Shown: in pieces, positions 40,117 to 49,795 of the stretch
How positions within the stretch are numbered: the stretch's first letter is position 1
How the letters are laid out: each line of letters begins with the position of its first letter
Source: Candidatus Poribacteria bacterium
Lineage (GTDB): Bacteria; Poribacteria; WGA-4E; WGA-3G
DNA length: 64,000 nt
Direction: 5' to 3'
Assembly (NCBI GenBank): GCA_965242965.1
Contig: OZ251518.1
Location: forward strand, 2,240,001 to 2,304,000
Position numbers and translations under genes: made by a program
The notes under the pieces: generated by a model
Seen by the model: only the letters and a program-made list of their open reading frames with translations
The model's database searches: none
What the model was told of the DNA's origin: nothing

Positions 40117-41508
40117 TCAATGGGCTGATGGCAGCGGCACTGCCTTCGTTTTGTCGCCGATGCGCCGCATGGTGATGTCCTGTTCAAGCGTCGGATCGGG
40201 GAGGCCGGTTTCGGTGAGACGGCGTTGCAGGAACGCATCCATATCGCCGCGCAAGCGCGCAACCACATTATCCGCTTCCTCTGCGAGATTGTAGACTTCG
40301 TCCGGGTCATCCTCTAAATCGTAGAGTTCTATTTCCGGCGTATTATAGACAGCCGGCGTGCCGCCCGTTTCAATAATCAACTTCCACTGCTTGGTTTGCC
40401 ACCCGCGCTTCTTCATCCAGCCGCACTCGGTGAGGTAAATAGCATCCGCTGTGCCATCGTGCGAACCACTCTCCATGACAGCCCGCAAACTTGCGCCTTC
40501 CATTTTTTCGCGTTCTGCAAGTGTGGATTGCCCGGCGTAATCCAATAGCGTCGGCGCGATATCCTTCAGGCTGACTAAGCCGTCCAACCGCTGGCCGCCA
40601 GCAATCAAATCAGGACAGTGGACGATGAGCGGCACGTGACAGTTAGTCTGATAGAGTCCGTGATGGTCATACCAAAGTTCATGTTCGTCCAATTCTTCCC
40701 CATGGTCGGCGGTAATGACAAGGAGCGTTTCCTCCAGCAGCTCGGCATCTTGCAAATATCGGAAGAGTTGCGCGAGGCACGCATCCATATACGCGATGGA
40801 GGCATCATACTGCGCGTTGACATACCGTCTGTCTGTCCACAACCGCGCTTTGTTCAAATTCGGGGAAAGGGTGTCCGCATCGCCAGGGTCCGGCGTATAC
40901 ATCCACTGCCGGAAATAGTCGGTGAACGGTTCGCATGCGTAAACGGCATCCATGCTGCGGTTGCTCGGGTCGCACTCGTCGCCGCTATAAAACATCTGCT
41001 CAAACGGCATCGGCGGCAAATAAGGCGTGTGCGGGTCCCAATAGTGCAGAAACGCAAACCACGGTTTGTCTTGTGCCTGCGCAATGTCTAACAGTTGCAT
41101 CGCTGTCTGATTGACTGCCTCCGCCTTGCGCGCGCCGCGATAACGGGTCTCCCACTGATACCCGCGGTAATGCTCATCTGAAAAGCCGCGTTGAAACCAA
41201 CGTCCGAGGTTATCCGCCGCCACGGTGAAATAGCCTGCTTCGTTCAGCAATTCCGCAACGGTTTTGACGTTCGTCTCCAACTCAAGACTACCGCCTTGTG
41301 TGATGATCTGGTGTGTCAACACATCTTTCCCGGTAAACATCGTCGTATGCGCGGGATGCGTCGGGATGTGCGGGCTGATACAGCTCTCAAACAGCGTCGA
41401 TTTTTCTGCGAGCGCGTCCAGATGCGGGGTTGTCAAATTGCTATGTCCGTAGCAACTCATGCTAGCGGCACGCAGCGTGTCTAATGAAATCAGAATGATA
41501 TTGCGCAA
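40117..41508 (-). CDS. Sulfatase-like hydrolase (alkaline phosphatase superfamily)
   Basis: NIILISLDTLRA, THPAHTTMFTG, HYWDPHTPY, ITADHGE and ELYDL..DP.E..NL; TTG start after GGAGG. Confidence 0.9.
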   Translation of the reverse strand: MRNIILISLDTLRAASMSCYGHSNLTTPHLDALAEKSTLFESCISPHIPTHPAHTTMFTGKDVLTHQIITQGGSLELETNVKTVAELLNEAGYFTVAADNLGRWFQRGFSDEHYRGYQWETRYRGARKAEAVNQTAMQLLDIAQAQDKPWFAFLHYWDPHTPYLPPMPFEQMFYSGDECDPSNRSMDAVYACEPFTDYFRQWMYTPDPGDADTLSPNLNKARLWTDRRYVNAQYDASIAYMDACLAQLFRYLQDAELLEETLLVITADHGEELDEHELWYDHHGLYQTNCHVPLIVHCPDLIAGGQRLDGLVSLKDIAPTLLDYAGQSTLAEREKMEGASLRAVMESGSHDGTADAIYLTECGWMKKRGWQTKQWKLIIETGGTPAVYNTPEIELYDLEDDPDEVYNLAEEADNVVARLRGDMDAFLQRRLTETGLPDPTLEQDITMRRIGDKTKAVPLPSAH

Positions 41509-41532
41509 AAGTTTGCACCTCCCCAGCATTCC

Positions 41533-42390
41533 TCATTTTCCAAAATGTTGCGCGATGTGCGTCAAATCCAAAATGTTAATCGCGCCGTCCCGATTCACAT
41601 CCGCCGCCCGATTCGCTTCCGTAACAGGAGCTCCGAAATGTCCTGCCACGAAAACCAAATCCAAGATATTGACATTGCCATCGCCGTTTACATCAACCGG
41701 TGCATCCGAAGCGTTAAGGATTAGCGTAGAACTTGCAACAGTAACCGCCAACGCTGCATCTTCAACATCGGAGAGATGTATATTAAGCAAGGTAAAGGTA
41801 GGCGCGTTTGCCTTCAGCACCTCAAATGTGAACGTGACAAGCGTGCCATCGGCATCCGATGCGACATCAGGGACTGATGAAGCCAGAATGGAGATACCCA
41901 GCGGATTTTCGCCTGGCACTACTAGTTCTCCCGGCGAGGGTTCTTCTCCTGAAACCGCCGGCCCTTCCAGCGAGGGCTGCTGCAGGTTGATGAGCACCTG
42001 TTCTATCGTGAGTTCCTCGTCTCCGAATTGAACGGAAGGACCTGTCGATGTTTCGCCGCCTGTGATGAGCGTAACTTCGTAACTCCCATCCGCGCGCAAT
42101 TGAGGTGCTATCCATATACCACCCTCTGGGAGGTAATCTCCCGGGGTTGCGCTGATATATCGCAACACATCCGCGTCAAAGGCGAGGAGCAATGCATATC
42201 CTGCAACGCCTTCCCCACCGGCGATGTTCACGCTTACCTCTACGTGTTCGCCGACAGTCAGCGGACTCCCGCCTGTCGCCGCTAGCGAAACCTCCGCCTG
42301 TCCATAACCGTTCGTCGCGACTCCCAAACATGCCACGCACGCCAAAAGGAGAAGGACAAGTTTCAGGTTCGGTGGTGTTAAACTTTTCAT
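41533..42390 (-). CDS. Secreted cohesin + dockerin-like protein
   Basis: Signal peptide; V.V.I..G..VAGY...LAFD..VL.Y...PGDYL and DGTLVTFTFEV; tandem DVNGDG.VNILDL and DVNRDG.INILDL. Confidence 0.8.
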   Translation of the reverse strand: MKSLTPPNLKLVLLLLACVACLGVATNGYGQAEVSLAATGGSPLTVGEHVEVSVNIAGGEGVAGYALLLAFDADVLRYISATPGDYLPEGGIWIAPQLRADGSYEVTLITGGETSTGPSVQFGDEELTIEQVLINLQQPSLEGPAVSGEEPSPGELVVPGENPLGISILASSVPDVASDADGTLVTFTFEVLKANAPTFTLLNIHLSDVEDAALAVTVASSTLILNASDAPVDVNGDGNVNILDLVFVAGHFGAPVTEANRAADVNRDGAINILDLTHIAQHFGK

Positions 42391-43523
42391 TACACATCTC
42401 CTTTCATGGGCTGCGCGCCGCGGATGGCTTCGCACAAGTAGGTAATTCCTTCCGGAATGTCGTCAACGTGGCAATAGGCATACGCGAGGCGAATGGCTTT
42501 AACCTGTTCACTCGCGTAGTGAAACGCGCTGCCGTTGCTGTATCCCACACCTTTTGCCGCAGCAAGTTCCTGCAACTTATTCAAATCAGTCTCTGGCGGC
42601 AGATCGATCCAGAGGAAAAGTCCCCCGCGGGGCCGCGTCCACGTGCAGAGTTCGCTGACGTGTTCGTCAAGCGTTTCAACGACAGCGCGGCATTTCGCGC
42701 CGACAGCGGCGTTCGTCTTGACGAGGTGCGCCTCAAGGTGCTCCATGAAAAATTCGGCGACGATGGCACTCGCCAGCGCGCTCGTGCCGCCATCCCACCG
42801 ATTCTGGTGGATTTGCCCGTAATAGGGTTGCCTAGCGACGAAATAGCCTTGCCGCACGCCCGCGCCTAAAATTTTGGAGAACGTGGCGATGAAAATCACC
42901 CGATTTGACGTATCCAACTTAAAGAGCGATGCCGGGGTCGGCGTAGACGTAAAGTCAATGTCGCCGTAGCAATCGTCTTCAACGATGAGCGTATCGTATT
43001 CCTGCGCCAGCTCCAACATGCGGTGCCGGCGTTCCAGCGACAAAATCGCGCCCGTTGGGTTCTGGTGGTTTGAAGTGGTATAGATGAGCGAGGGCCGGAT
43101 ATCTTGTGCCTTGAGCTCCTTCAACTTCGCCTCCAGCGCGTCCATGTCCATGCCATCAATATAGTCCATCGGCACACCGACGATATTCGCCTTGAAATGC
43201 CGCATGATGCCAAGGGTGCCGCTGTAGGTGTATTCCTCGGTTAGCACCGTGTCCCCAGGGCGGATCAGCGTGCCAAGCACCAATTCAAGTGCCTGCATAG
43301 AGCCGGAGGTAATCGAGATGTTATCAATAGGCAGGGGAATGCCTTCGCGCCGCTCAAACCGCATTGAGGCGAGCTCGCGCAGCCCGCTATAGCCGGATTC
43401 ACCCGGATAGTTCACCAGGTCACCGCCGAGTTTCCGGAGTGCCTTCTCACTCGCGGCGATGAGCCCTTCCGTTGGGAACGTATAAGGGTCTGGCCGGCCG
43501 CCGGTAAACGCAAAATCTTTCAT
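42390..43523 (-). CDS. PLP-dependent aminotransferase class I/II (2-aminoadipate/MocR-like)
   Basis: ITSGSMQAL, HQNPTG, IVEDDCY, TFSKILGAGVR and PRGGLFLW. Confidence 0.92.
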   Translation of the reverse strand: MKDFAFTGGRPDPYTFPTEGLIAASEKALRKLGGDLVNYPGESGYSGLRELASMRFERREGIPLPIDNISITSGSMQALELVLGTLIRPGDTVLTEEYTYSGTLGIMRHFKANIVGVPMDYIDGMDMDALEAKLKELKAQDIRPSLIYTTSNHQNPTGAILSLERRHRMLELAQEYDTLIVEDDCYGDIDFTSTPTPASLFKLDTSNRVIFIATFSKILGAGVRQGYFVARQPYYGQIHQNRWDGGTSALASAIVAEFFMEHLEAHLVKTNAAVGAKCRAVVETLDEHVSELCTWTRPRGGLFLWIDLPPETDLNKLQELAAAKGVGYSNGSAFHYASEQVKAIRLAYAYCHVDDIPEGITYLCEAIRGAQPMKGDV

Positions 43524-43559
43524 AGTGCTCTCCTTACAAAAACCGTTTGCCATTTATTA

Positions 43560-43858
43560 TCAGGCTATTTCATAACTCCGTTTCGATATTTATCCTGCCT
43601 TGGAGGGAGGGCGAATACCCGAAGGCATTGGGCCCACCTCTGTAGTTCGGGATCGCCTGATCCCGAACAGATCAAGATCAGGCGATCTTGACCTACAGGA
43701 GTGATGAGGTCTGCCAGCCAAACGCATGGCGAGGGAAACCCGCTCGCATGCGCGTATGGCATGCGAGGACCCACGCCCTACGTGAAAGGGCGGCGTTTTT
43801 TCCGCAGCGCAGGGCCTATCACCTCGACGTTGAGCGATTTATGAAACACCCGCATTTA
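43560..43858. mobile_element. MITE-like element copy B
   Basis: tttcataactccgtttcg...cgttgagcgatttatgaaacacccgc; same orientation as copy A. Confidence 0.75.
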
Positions 43859-43893
43859 TTATAGCAGCATTCGCAAAAAAAGACAAGTCTCAA

Positions 43894-44877
43894 TTACGAG
43901 GCGCATTGCACAACCTGTCCTGTTTCGGCGGAGCGATACGCCGCGGCTAAAATTTCGTTCGTCCTTAACCCATCGTCTCCGCTGGCAATCGGCGCGGTGC
44001 CGCGATGCACGCATGCCGCAAAATGCTCAAACTGATGCTGATAAAGGTCTTCGTATGACGAGGCGATGCGCGCAGGTTCGCCGCCGAAGTGGGTGCGGAT
44101 TTGCCAGCCATTGTCGTTCTCTACCCAGACGGTGCCTTCTGTCCCGTAGAGTTCTAGCACGATGTCGCACTGCGCGACAGAGAAACTGAGGTCAGTGAAC
44201 GCCTGAGCACCGTTCGTGAAACGCATTAGGATACCCCCTGTCTCCTCAACGGCGTAGTTGTGGATTGCGCTATTGCAAAACGCGCTGACTGCCTCCACCT
44301 CGCCGATGAGATAGCGAAGCAAATCGACGCTGTGCGCACCAAGATCCATGAAGCATCCCCCGCCGCTTTTTTCCGGTTGCGCGCGCCATTCATCATCTGC
44401 CAACTGATACTGCTTCAGAAACGGCATTCTAGCGTGGACTATCTGTCCGAAATGTCCCTCGTCTACCCATGCACGAATCTGCTGGAAGCAGGAGTGGAAC
44501 CGAAAGAGGAAGCACACCTGCAAATGCACGCCGTTGGCTTCGCAGGCGGCGAGCATCTGTCTGCATTCCTGCGGCGTGAGAGCCATCGGTTTATCGCACA
44601 ACACGTGTAAACCGCGCTCTGCTGCGGCGATAACCTGTTCGCAATGCAAGTAGACAGGCGTTGAGACGTAAATTGCGTCCAGCGCGTCGTCAGCCAAGAG
44701 CGCGTCAACGTTGGTATAGGCGGCAGTCGCGCCGTAGTCAGCAGCGAGTTGTCTTGCGCGATTGGCATCGCGGGAGAGGAGCGCGTGTAATTCTGCGCCT
44801 TCTGCCTTTTGGATAGCAGGCATTGCCCGGCGTTGCGCAACACTTCCCGCGCCAAGCACGCCCCATTTTAAGTTCAT
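43894..44877 (-). CDS. Gfo/Idh/MocA oxidoreductase
   Basis: WGVLGAG.VA, DAIYVSTP, HVLCDKPMA and SGGGCFMDLGAH. Confidence 0.93.
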   Translation of the reverse strand: MNLKWGVLGAGSVAQRRAMPAIQKAEGAELHALLSRDANRARQLAADYGATAAYTNVDALLADDALDAIYVSTPVYLHCEQVIAAAERGLHVLCDKPMALTPQECRQMLAACEANGVHLQVCFLFRFHSCFQQIRAWVDEGHFGQIVHARMPFLKQYQLADDEWRAQPEKSGGGCFMDLGAHSVDLLRYLIGEVEAVSAFCNSAIHNYAVEETGGILMRFTNGAQAFTDLSFSVAQCDIVLELYGTEGTVWVENDNGWQIRTHFGGEPARIASSYEDLYQHQFEHFAACVHRGTAPIASGDDGLRTNEILAAAYRSAETGQVVQCAS

Positions 44878-44995
44878 TGGTTTCAATTCCTCTGTTTTTT
44901 TCGTATAGTGCGTCTGTTTTGTTAGTGTAAAAGTATACACGATTTTCGAGCATCTGGCAAGTTAAAATTGTGTTATCCAAACAACTCTTGTTAAA

Positions 44996-45345
44996 ACGTA
45001 GGGCGGGGGCCTGTCCCCCGCCATGGTCAAGACCGCGAGTTACGGCGACGCGCTATTAGGCATTGAGCGTCACCCCTGTAGGTCAGGATCGCCCAATCCT
45101 GACCCGTTTGTGATCAGGCGATCACAAACTACAGAGAGTAACGAAAAAAACGTCTCTTGTTCTCTTCAGGTCCGTAGGACCTAAGACGGCATCTTGACGA
45201 TGGAGCACGCGGGGGAAACCCGCTCGGATGCGCGTATGGCATCCGAGGGCCCCGCGCTACGGGAACATCGAGACCAGGAGGTCTCTCCTACCAATGCATA
45301 CCGAAATGCATCGAGACCGGGAGGGAGCACCTACCAACGCGCTAC
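44996..45345. repeat. Mixed GTAG-REP cluster
   Basis: At least five hairpin variants, including gtagggcggggg, gtaggtcaggatc, ggatgcgcgtatggcatcc and gagacc types. Confidence 0.85.
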
Positions 45346-46103
45346 TAGGCTAATAACAAATGCACACCAGTTGCAAGCAGGAATCCGAGGACGATTCTGG
45401 AAAAGAGCCGCTCCGGCACACGGTTATTGAGCGAAATCCCTGTCAGCACGCCGAGCCCGATAAAGGGAAGCAAAGCAACCGCCTCAGCCAGAATCTCGAA
45501 AGAGAAGAGTTCAAGTTGTGCATAAAACGGGATTTTGACGAAGTTCAGCAAAAAGTAGATGGCAGTTGTCGTCGCGACAAAAGTCGTATTGCCTAAGCGT
45601 TGCGGGAGGAGATACATGACAACAACGAGTCCTCCCATGTGCGCGAGCGTCGTGAAGATGCCGGTAAGCACACCAGCGGCAAATCCTTGCCACGCTTTGA
45701 AGGGATTGTAACCGTATACCGAACTCAATGTCCCTTTTGCGATGCGCGGTTGCCAATAAGGACGCGCCAATTCTAACAGCGCGAACAGACAGGCGATGCC
45801 GCCGATCGCCTTCTTCAGATGAACGTCGGAAATATCCTTTAAAATCAGGCTGGCGACAGCGATGCCGAGGATAGAGCCCGGTATTAAACGCCAGATGCTC
45901 TGCCGGTGCCACTTCTTCCAATAGTGTCGCAGCGAGAAAACGTCTGTCGAAAAGAGCAGCAGGAGCATCAGTCCGACGACACTGCGCGCCGAACGGAAGT
46001 GCGTGAACATCGGGACGACAACCATCCCGATGCCGCCGCCGAAGCCTGCTTTGCTCACACCGGTGAGCCATGCGCCGAAGCATAAGATAATCACTTCAAA
46101 AAT
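45345..46103 (-). CDS. TauE/SafE (TSUP) sulfite exporter family membrane protein
   Basis: GVSKAGFGGG, LLL..D, TTLAHMGG and LNFVKIPFY; multiple hydrophobic helices. The start is uncertain (ATT at 46103 or GTG at 46094). Confidence 0.88.
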   Translation of the reverse strand: MFEVIILCFGAWLTGVSKAGFGGGIGMVVVPMFTHFRSARSVVGLMLLLLFSTDVFSLRHYWKKWHRQSIWRLIPGSILGIAVASLILKDISDVHLKKAIGGIACLFALLELARPYWQPRIAKGTLSSVYGYNPFKAWQGFAAGVLTGIFTTLAHMGGLVVVMYLLPQRLGNTTFVATTTAIYFLLNFVKIPFYAQLELFSFEILAEAVALLPFIGLGVLTGISLNNRVPERLFSRIVLGFLLATGVHLLLA

Positions 46104-46125
46104 AGTGGTGCCTCCTCTGGCACGG

Positions 46126-46154
46126 AATATAGCACATTTCGGTGGAATTGTCAA
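46126..46154 (-). promoter_or_regulatory. sigma70-type promoter of the TauE gene
   Basis: TTGACA-N17-TATATT with TG extension. Confidence 0.65.
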
Positions 46155-46256
46155 ACGCGCATCGGCACCAGCCCGATCTTGACATGGTTATAAATGCCAG
46201 AATTTTCAGACGCGTGCGAATGGCGCGAATAGGTAGTCTTGACAGAAAAAAAAGAT

Positions 46257-46285
46257 TTGACATTCGGGTTGAAATGTGGTATAAT
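46257..46285 (+). promoter_or_regulatory. sigma70 promoter of rpsU
   Basis: Perfect TTGACA-N17-TATAAT with TG extension. Confidence 0.85.
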
Positions 46286-46329
46286 ATACGTAACTAGTTT
46301 TATATCACGCTACAAGGAGGAATCTGAAA

Positions 46330-46551
46330 ATGGTTCAAGTAGAAGTTAACGTGGACTCCGGTGAAGCGTTTGACCGCGCCCTGGCACGTTTTAAGAAGAT
46401 GTGCGGGAAAGCGGGGATCGTGACAGAAATTAAAAAACGCAGCTTTTATGAGAAGCCGAGCGAGAAACGGCGGCGCATCGAGATGAAACGGCAGCGGAAA
46501 GTCAAACCGCGCACGATGGAATACCGGCCGCGCTATAACAACGGCCGCTAA
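46330..46551 (+). CDS. rpsU: 30S ribosomal protein S21
   Basis: E.FDRAL.RFKK.C.KAGI..E.KKR.FYEKPSEKRR. Confidence 0.97.
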   Translation: MVQVEVNVDSGEAFDRALARFKKMCGKAGIVTEIKKRSFYEKPSEKRRRIEMKRQRKVKPRTMEYRPRYNNGR

Positions 46552-46571
46552 CGCGCCGCGAGGAGGCACAC

Positions 46572-47090
46572 ATGACGACAGTTCTGCCTACGGATGAGAC
46601 GGTAGAGAACTACAAAGGGCAGCTCATCCAGTATTGCCAAGAGCGCGGCCTCGGTCAGCCTGTTTATACCGAGACGCAGCACGGGCCGGCGGACTCGCCG
46701 AGTTGGCACGTTACCATCAGTTACGGGGACTGCACGCATGAGACACCGGAACTGGTTCCCGGTTCAAAAAAGTTCGCGCACCAAGTCGCCTCCAAGCAGG
46801 TGTTGGAGGAGATCGATTCTCGGCGCGAAAACTTTTTGGCTGGCGAGGTGAAAACTGAGTCCGCGCCGGCCACCGAACCGCCACCCACGCCGACGGTTGC
46901 CATTGAAGTGCCGATTGACATCGTCGCAAGCGCGATGACGATTGCGAACGAACGGTTGACAGCATCGCAACCGACGCGATACCGCACACTCTCCGATGCA
47001 GAATTCTCGCAGAAACTGGCCCGATTGACGCTCCAAATCGTCCGAGAACTCGTCGAGAAGGCTCAACAAGACGAGATTACGTTGATGTGA
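46572..47090 (+). CDS. Stand-alone double-stranded RNA-binding (dsRBD) protein
   Basis: NYKGQL.QYCQ..GL..PVY....GP...P.W.VT...GSKK.AHQ.AS...L; strong GAGGAGG RBS. Confidence 0.8.
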   Translation: MTTVLPTDETVENYKGQLIQYCQERGLGQPVYTETQHGPADSPSWHVTISYGDCTHETPELVPGSKKFAHQVASKQVLEEIDSRRENFLAGEVKTESAPATEPPPTPTVAIEVPIDIVASAMTIANERLTASQPTRYRTLSDAEFSQKLARLTLQIVRELVEKAQQDEITLM

Positions 47091-47398
47091 GGGTGTTTCA
47101 TAAATCGCTCAACGTCGCGGTGACAGGCCCCCGCGTTATTGCCGGTAGGAGAGACCTCCTGGTCTCGATGAGGTAAGGCGTGCCCGCGCCTGACATGTTT
47201 GTGCTCGGACGCTTGCAAACGACAGCGGGTGTCTCTCCTACAGGGACATTGCTCGCATCGAGACCGGGAGGTCTCTCTTACGGGGACATCACTTGCATCA
47301 AGACCGGGAGGTCTCTCTTACCAAGAGGGCGCGGGAGTCGCCTGCTCTCCAAGGGGAATAAATAAATACCGAAACGGATTTATGAAACACCTTCACTT
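47086..47398. mobile_element. MITE-like element copy C (mosaic interior)
   Basis: Same termini (gagggtgtttcataaatcgctcaacg ... ataaataccgaaacggatttatgaaacacc), but the interior is made of gagacc-type REPs. Confidence 0.7.
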
Positions 47399-47537
47399 TG
47401 ATGTAACGCTGCTATCCGGCGGGGCAGGCACCCTTGCTGCCTGCCCTTTTCCTTTGACAAGCAAACTCGGTTGATTGAAGTCTCCCGAATTCGACACCGT
47501 AGCAATGTGTATTGAAACATAACTGCTACCGCCTCTA

Positions 47538-48773
47538 TCACAAAAGCGATTCAACCGTGACGTTTTTCAAGGTTTCCACCTGAATGCGCTGGAGCTCCCG
47601 TAATATCCGCGTTCCCTCTGGGGTAACAGGCAGTGTTGATGTGAAATGTTCGGAAAGCCCGCCTTCAACAACGTCAACAACCTGAGCGAGGGTGATGTCG
47701 CTGAGCACCTGCGCGGGGAGATAGCCTGTCGTGTCGCCTTCAACTTCATAGATGAGCCCCGCGGTTTTGAAGCGTCTGAAACAGTTATCTACCACTTCTG
47801 CCGGGATACCCGATAGGGTGACAATGTCATCTGTGGAGCATGCGCCCTTGCCACGGTGGAAGCGTTCCGCTACTACGAGGAACAGCGCAATCGCACCGGC
47901 AACGTTGATATAACTGACTTTTTCATCAGCCGGCATCGCGTTCGGGTGCTCGTTCCTACCGGAGTGCTGCACGGCGTTCGTTACTTCCGCACCGAGTAGG
48001 ATGATAACCCAGGTGGCGTATGTCCAAATGGCGAGAATCACAAGCAGTGCCAATGCCCCGTAGATTTCGTTATAATTTTTCCAGACGAGTTCAAAATAGC
48101 GTCCGAACGGGAGGCGCGCAATTTGGAACAGCGTGCCCGCGATGAGCGTCCCGATGAGTGCCGGCCCCCATTTCACGGACGTATTCGGCAGCGCGATATA
48201 CATCAGCAAAAAGATGCAGTAAAACAGCATCCAGGGGAATACGTGAGAGAAGAGCCAACTGTTGGCAGTTGAAAAAAAGAGCCAGATTAAGAGCGGGCCG
48301 AGGGACAGCAGCGTGTAAAAGACAGCGTATTTCTGGAACGCTTGGAGGAGCGGCAGCCGCCGACGCGCACCCCAGATGTCGTTGAAGTGCTGTTCAACCG
48401 ACATAAACAGCATCGTTGAAACCAACAGGAAAAATAGAAACCCACCGACGCTGAGGCTACCGAGGTTTTTATTCGTAAATTCCGTGAGACGTGAGACAAT
48501 CTCCTCGGCACCGTACCGCGGTAGGAAATTGCCGAGTGAGGCTATCAGTGGGGACTCTTCGTTTTCAACCACACCGAAGGTTTTGAGTAAGAACAGCGCG
48601 ACCGCGGACAACGGCACAAGGCAGAGGAGCGTATTGAAGGCGAGCGATGAAGCTTGCTGAAGGCACTTGTCCTCAATGAATTGATGCCACACATTTGCAC
48701 TGATGCGCCACGTATAGGTGTAAAACGCGCGGAAACGCCCGCGAAACTTTTCCATAATGTAGAGAACGCTCAT
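47538..48773 (-). CDS. YihY/BrkB family membrane protein with C-terminal Rrf2-like winged helix
   Basis: ASSLAF.TLL.LVP, FNDIW, Y..LPN, YGALA and IILLGAE; tail G.I...GYLP....DITL. Confidence 0.9.
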   Translation of the reverse strand: MSVLYIMEKFRGRFRAFYTYTWRISANVWHQFIEDKCLQQASSLAFNTLLCLVPLSAVALFLLKTFGVVENEESPLIASLGNFLPRYGAEEIVSRLTEFTNKNLGSLSVGGFLFFLLVSTMLFMSVEQHFNDIWGARRRLPLLQAFQKYAVFYTLLSLGPLLIWLFFSTANSWLFSHVFPWMLFYCIFLLMYIALPNTSVKWGPALIGTLIAGTLFQIARLPFGRYFELVWKNYNEIYGALALLVILAIWTYATWVIILLGAEVTNAVQHSGRNEHPNAMPADEKVSYINVAGAIALFLVVAERFHRGKGACSTDDIVTLSGIPAEVVDNCFRRFKTAGLIYEVEGDTTGYLPAQVLSDITLAQVVDVVEGGLSEHFTSTLPVTPEGTRILRELQRIQVETLKNVTVESLL

Positions 48774-48909
48774 CCGTTAACGAACGGGACTTCGGACGGC
48801 ACTGTTTTCAACCGCGCCTACCGGGTTCGTTCCGCGTCAGGCATAACACAATCAAAAACCGCTCTGAGCCGATGAAATCAGAGCACGAAAAGGCAGACTG
48901 GCTGAAAAG

Positions 48910-49629
48910 ATGCTCCACCAACGTCCTGATTTTATTGCGCGGCTCAAACGCCGAATGAGACAAAACCGACTGCTCGCTCCCTTCATCGGATGTCCCTATC
49001 CTGCATCCCGCTGGAACAAAAGTGTGCGCCGCGTCCTTGACTACTGCGGAAACGACGCGACTATCCTCGACCTCGGTTCCGGCATTCGCCGCCGCTCACC
49101 CAACATTATTAACCTTGAAATCGAAGCAGGCACCGAAGTCGATGTCATCGCCGATGGACACCTCTTGCCTTTCAAAGACGAAACTTTCGATGCCGTTATC
49201 TCCGAAGCCGTGCTTGAACACGTTCGTTCCCCAAACCTCGTCGTCGCAGAGATGTATCGCGTGCTGAAGCCGGGAGGGGTTGTCTGCGTCGCTGTGCCTT
49301 TCCTTCAAGGGTATCACGCCTCGCCGCACGATTATCAGCGGTGGACGTTGCCGGGCATCGTTGAACTCTTCGCGGCGTTCTCTGAAGTGGAGAGCGGCGC
49401 GTGCGCCGGGCCAACGGCTTCCCTGCACTGGATTTTCCGTGAATATGTCGGGATGCTCTATTCCTTCGGGAGCCTCGTATTCGGGAAACTCATCTCGCTC
49501 ATTGTCGGGTGGATTACATTTCCGCTGCTGCTGCTAGACAGGATGCTCCTCTGGCACCCGCACGCGCACATTCTGGCATCGGCGGTTTACTACCTCGGAA
49601 AGAAGCCATCGCTTGAACGTGAATCGTAA
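48910..49629 (+). CDS. Class I SAM-dependent methyltransferase
   Basis: ILDLGSG, LPFKD.TFD, AVLEHV, RVLKPGG and PHDYQRWT. Confidence 0.9.
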   Translation: MLHQRPDFIARLKRRMRQNRLLAPFIGCPYPASRWNKSVRRVLDYCGNDATILDLGSGIRRRSPNIINLEIEAGTEVDVIADGHLLPFKDETFDAVISEAVLEHVRSPNLVVAEMYRVLKPGGVVCVAVPFLQGYHASPHDYQRWTLPGIVELFAAFSEVESGACAGPTASLHWIFREYVGMLYSFGSLVFGKLISLIVGWITFPLLLLDRMLLWHPHAHILASAVYYLGKKPSLERES

Positions 49630-49645
49630 TGTGCAGTTCCCCTAA

Positions 49646-49795
49646 ATCGAGACCGGGAGTTTCTCCAAATCGAAACCGGGAGGTCTCTCCTACTGGGGGA
49701 GTGACATCCTTGTCCCGATATGCGTTTGGGTAGGAGGGACATCCTTGTCCCGATGCTGAGGAGGGACATCCTTGTCCCGATATATCTCTCCTACG
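49646..49795. repeat. GTAG-REP cluster between convergent genes
   Basis: Three gacatccttgtcccgat units and two atcga.accgggag units. Confidence 0.8.
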
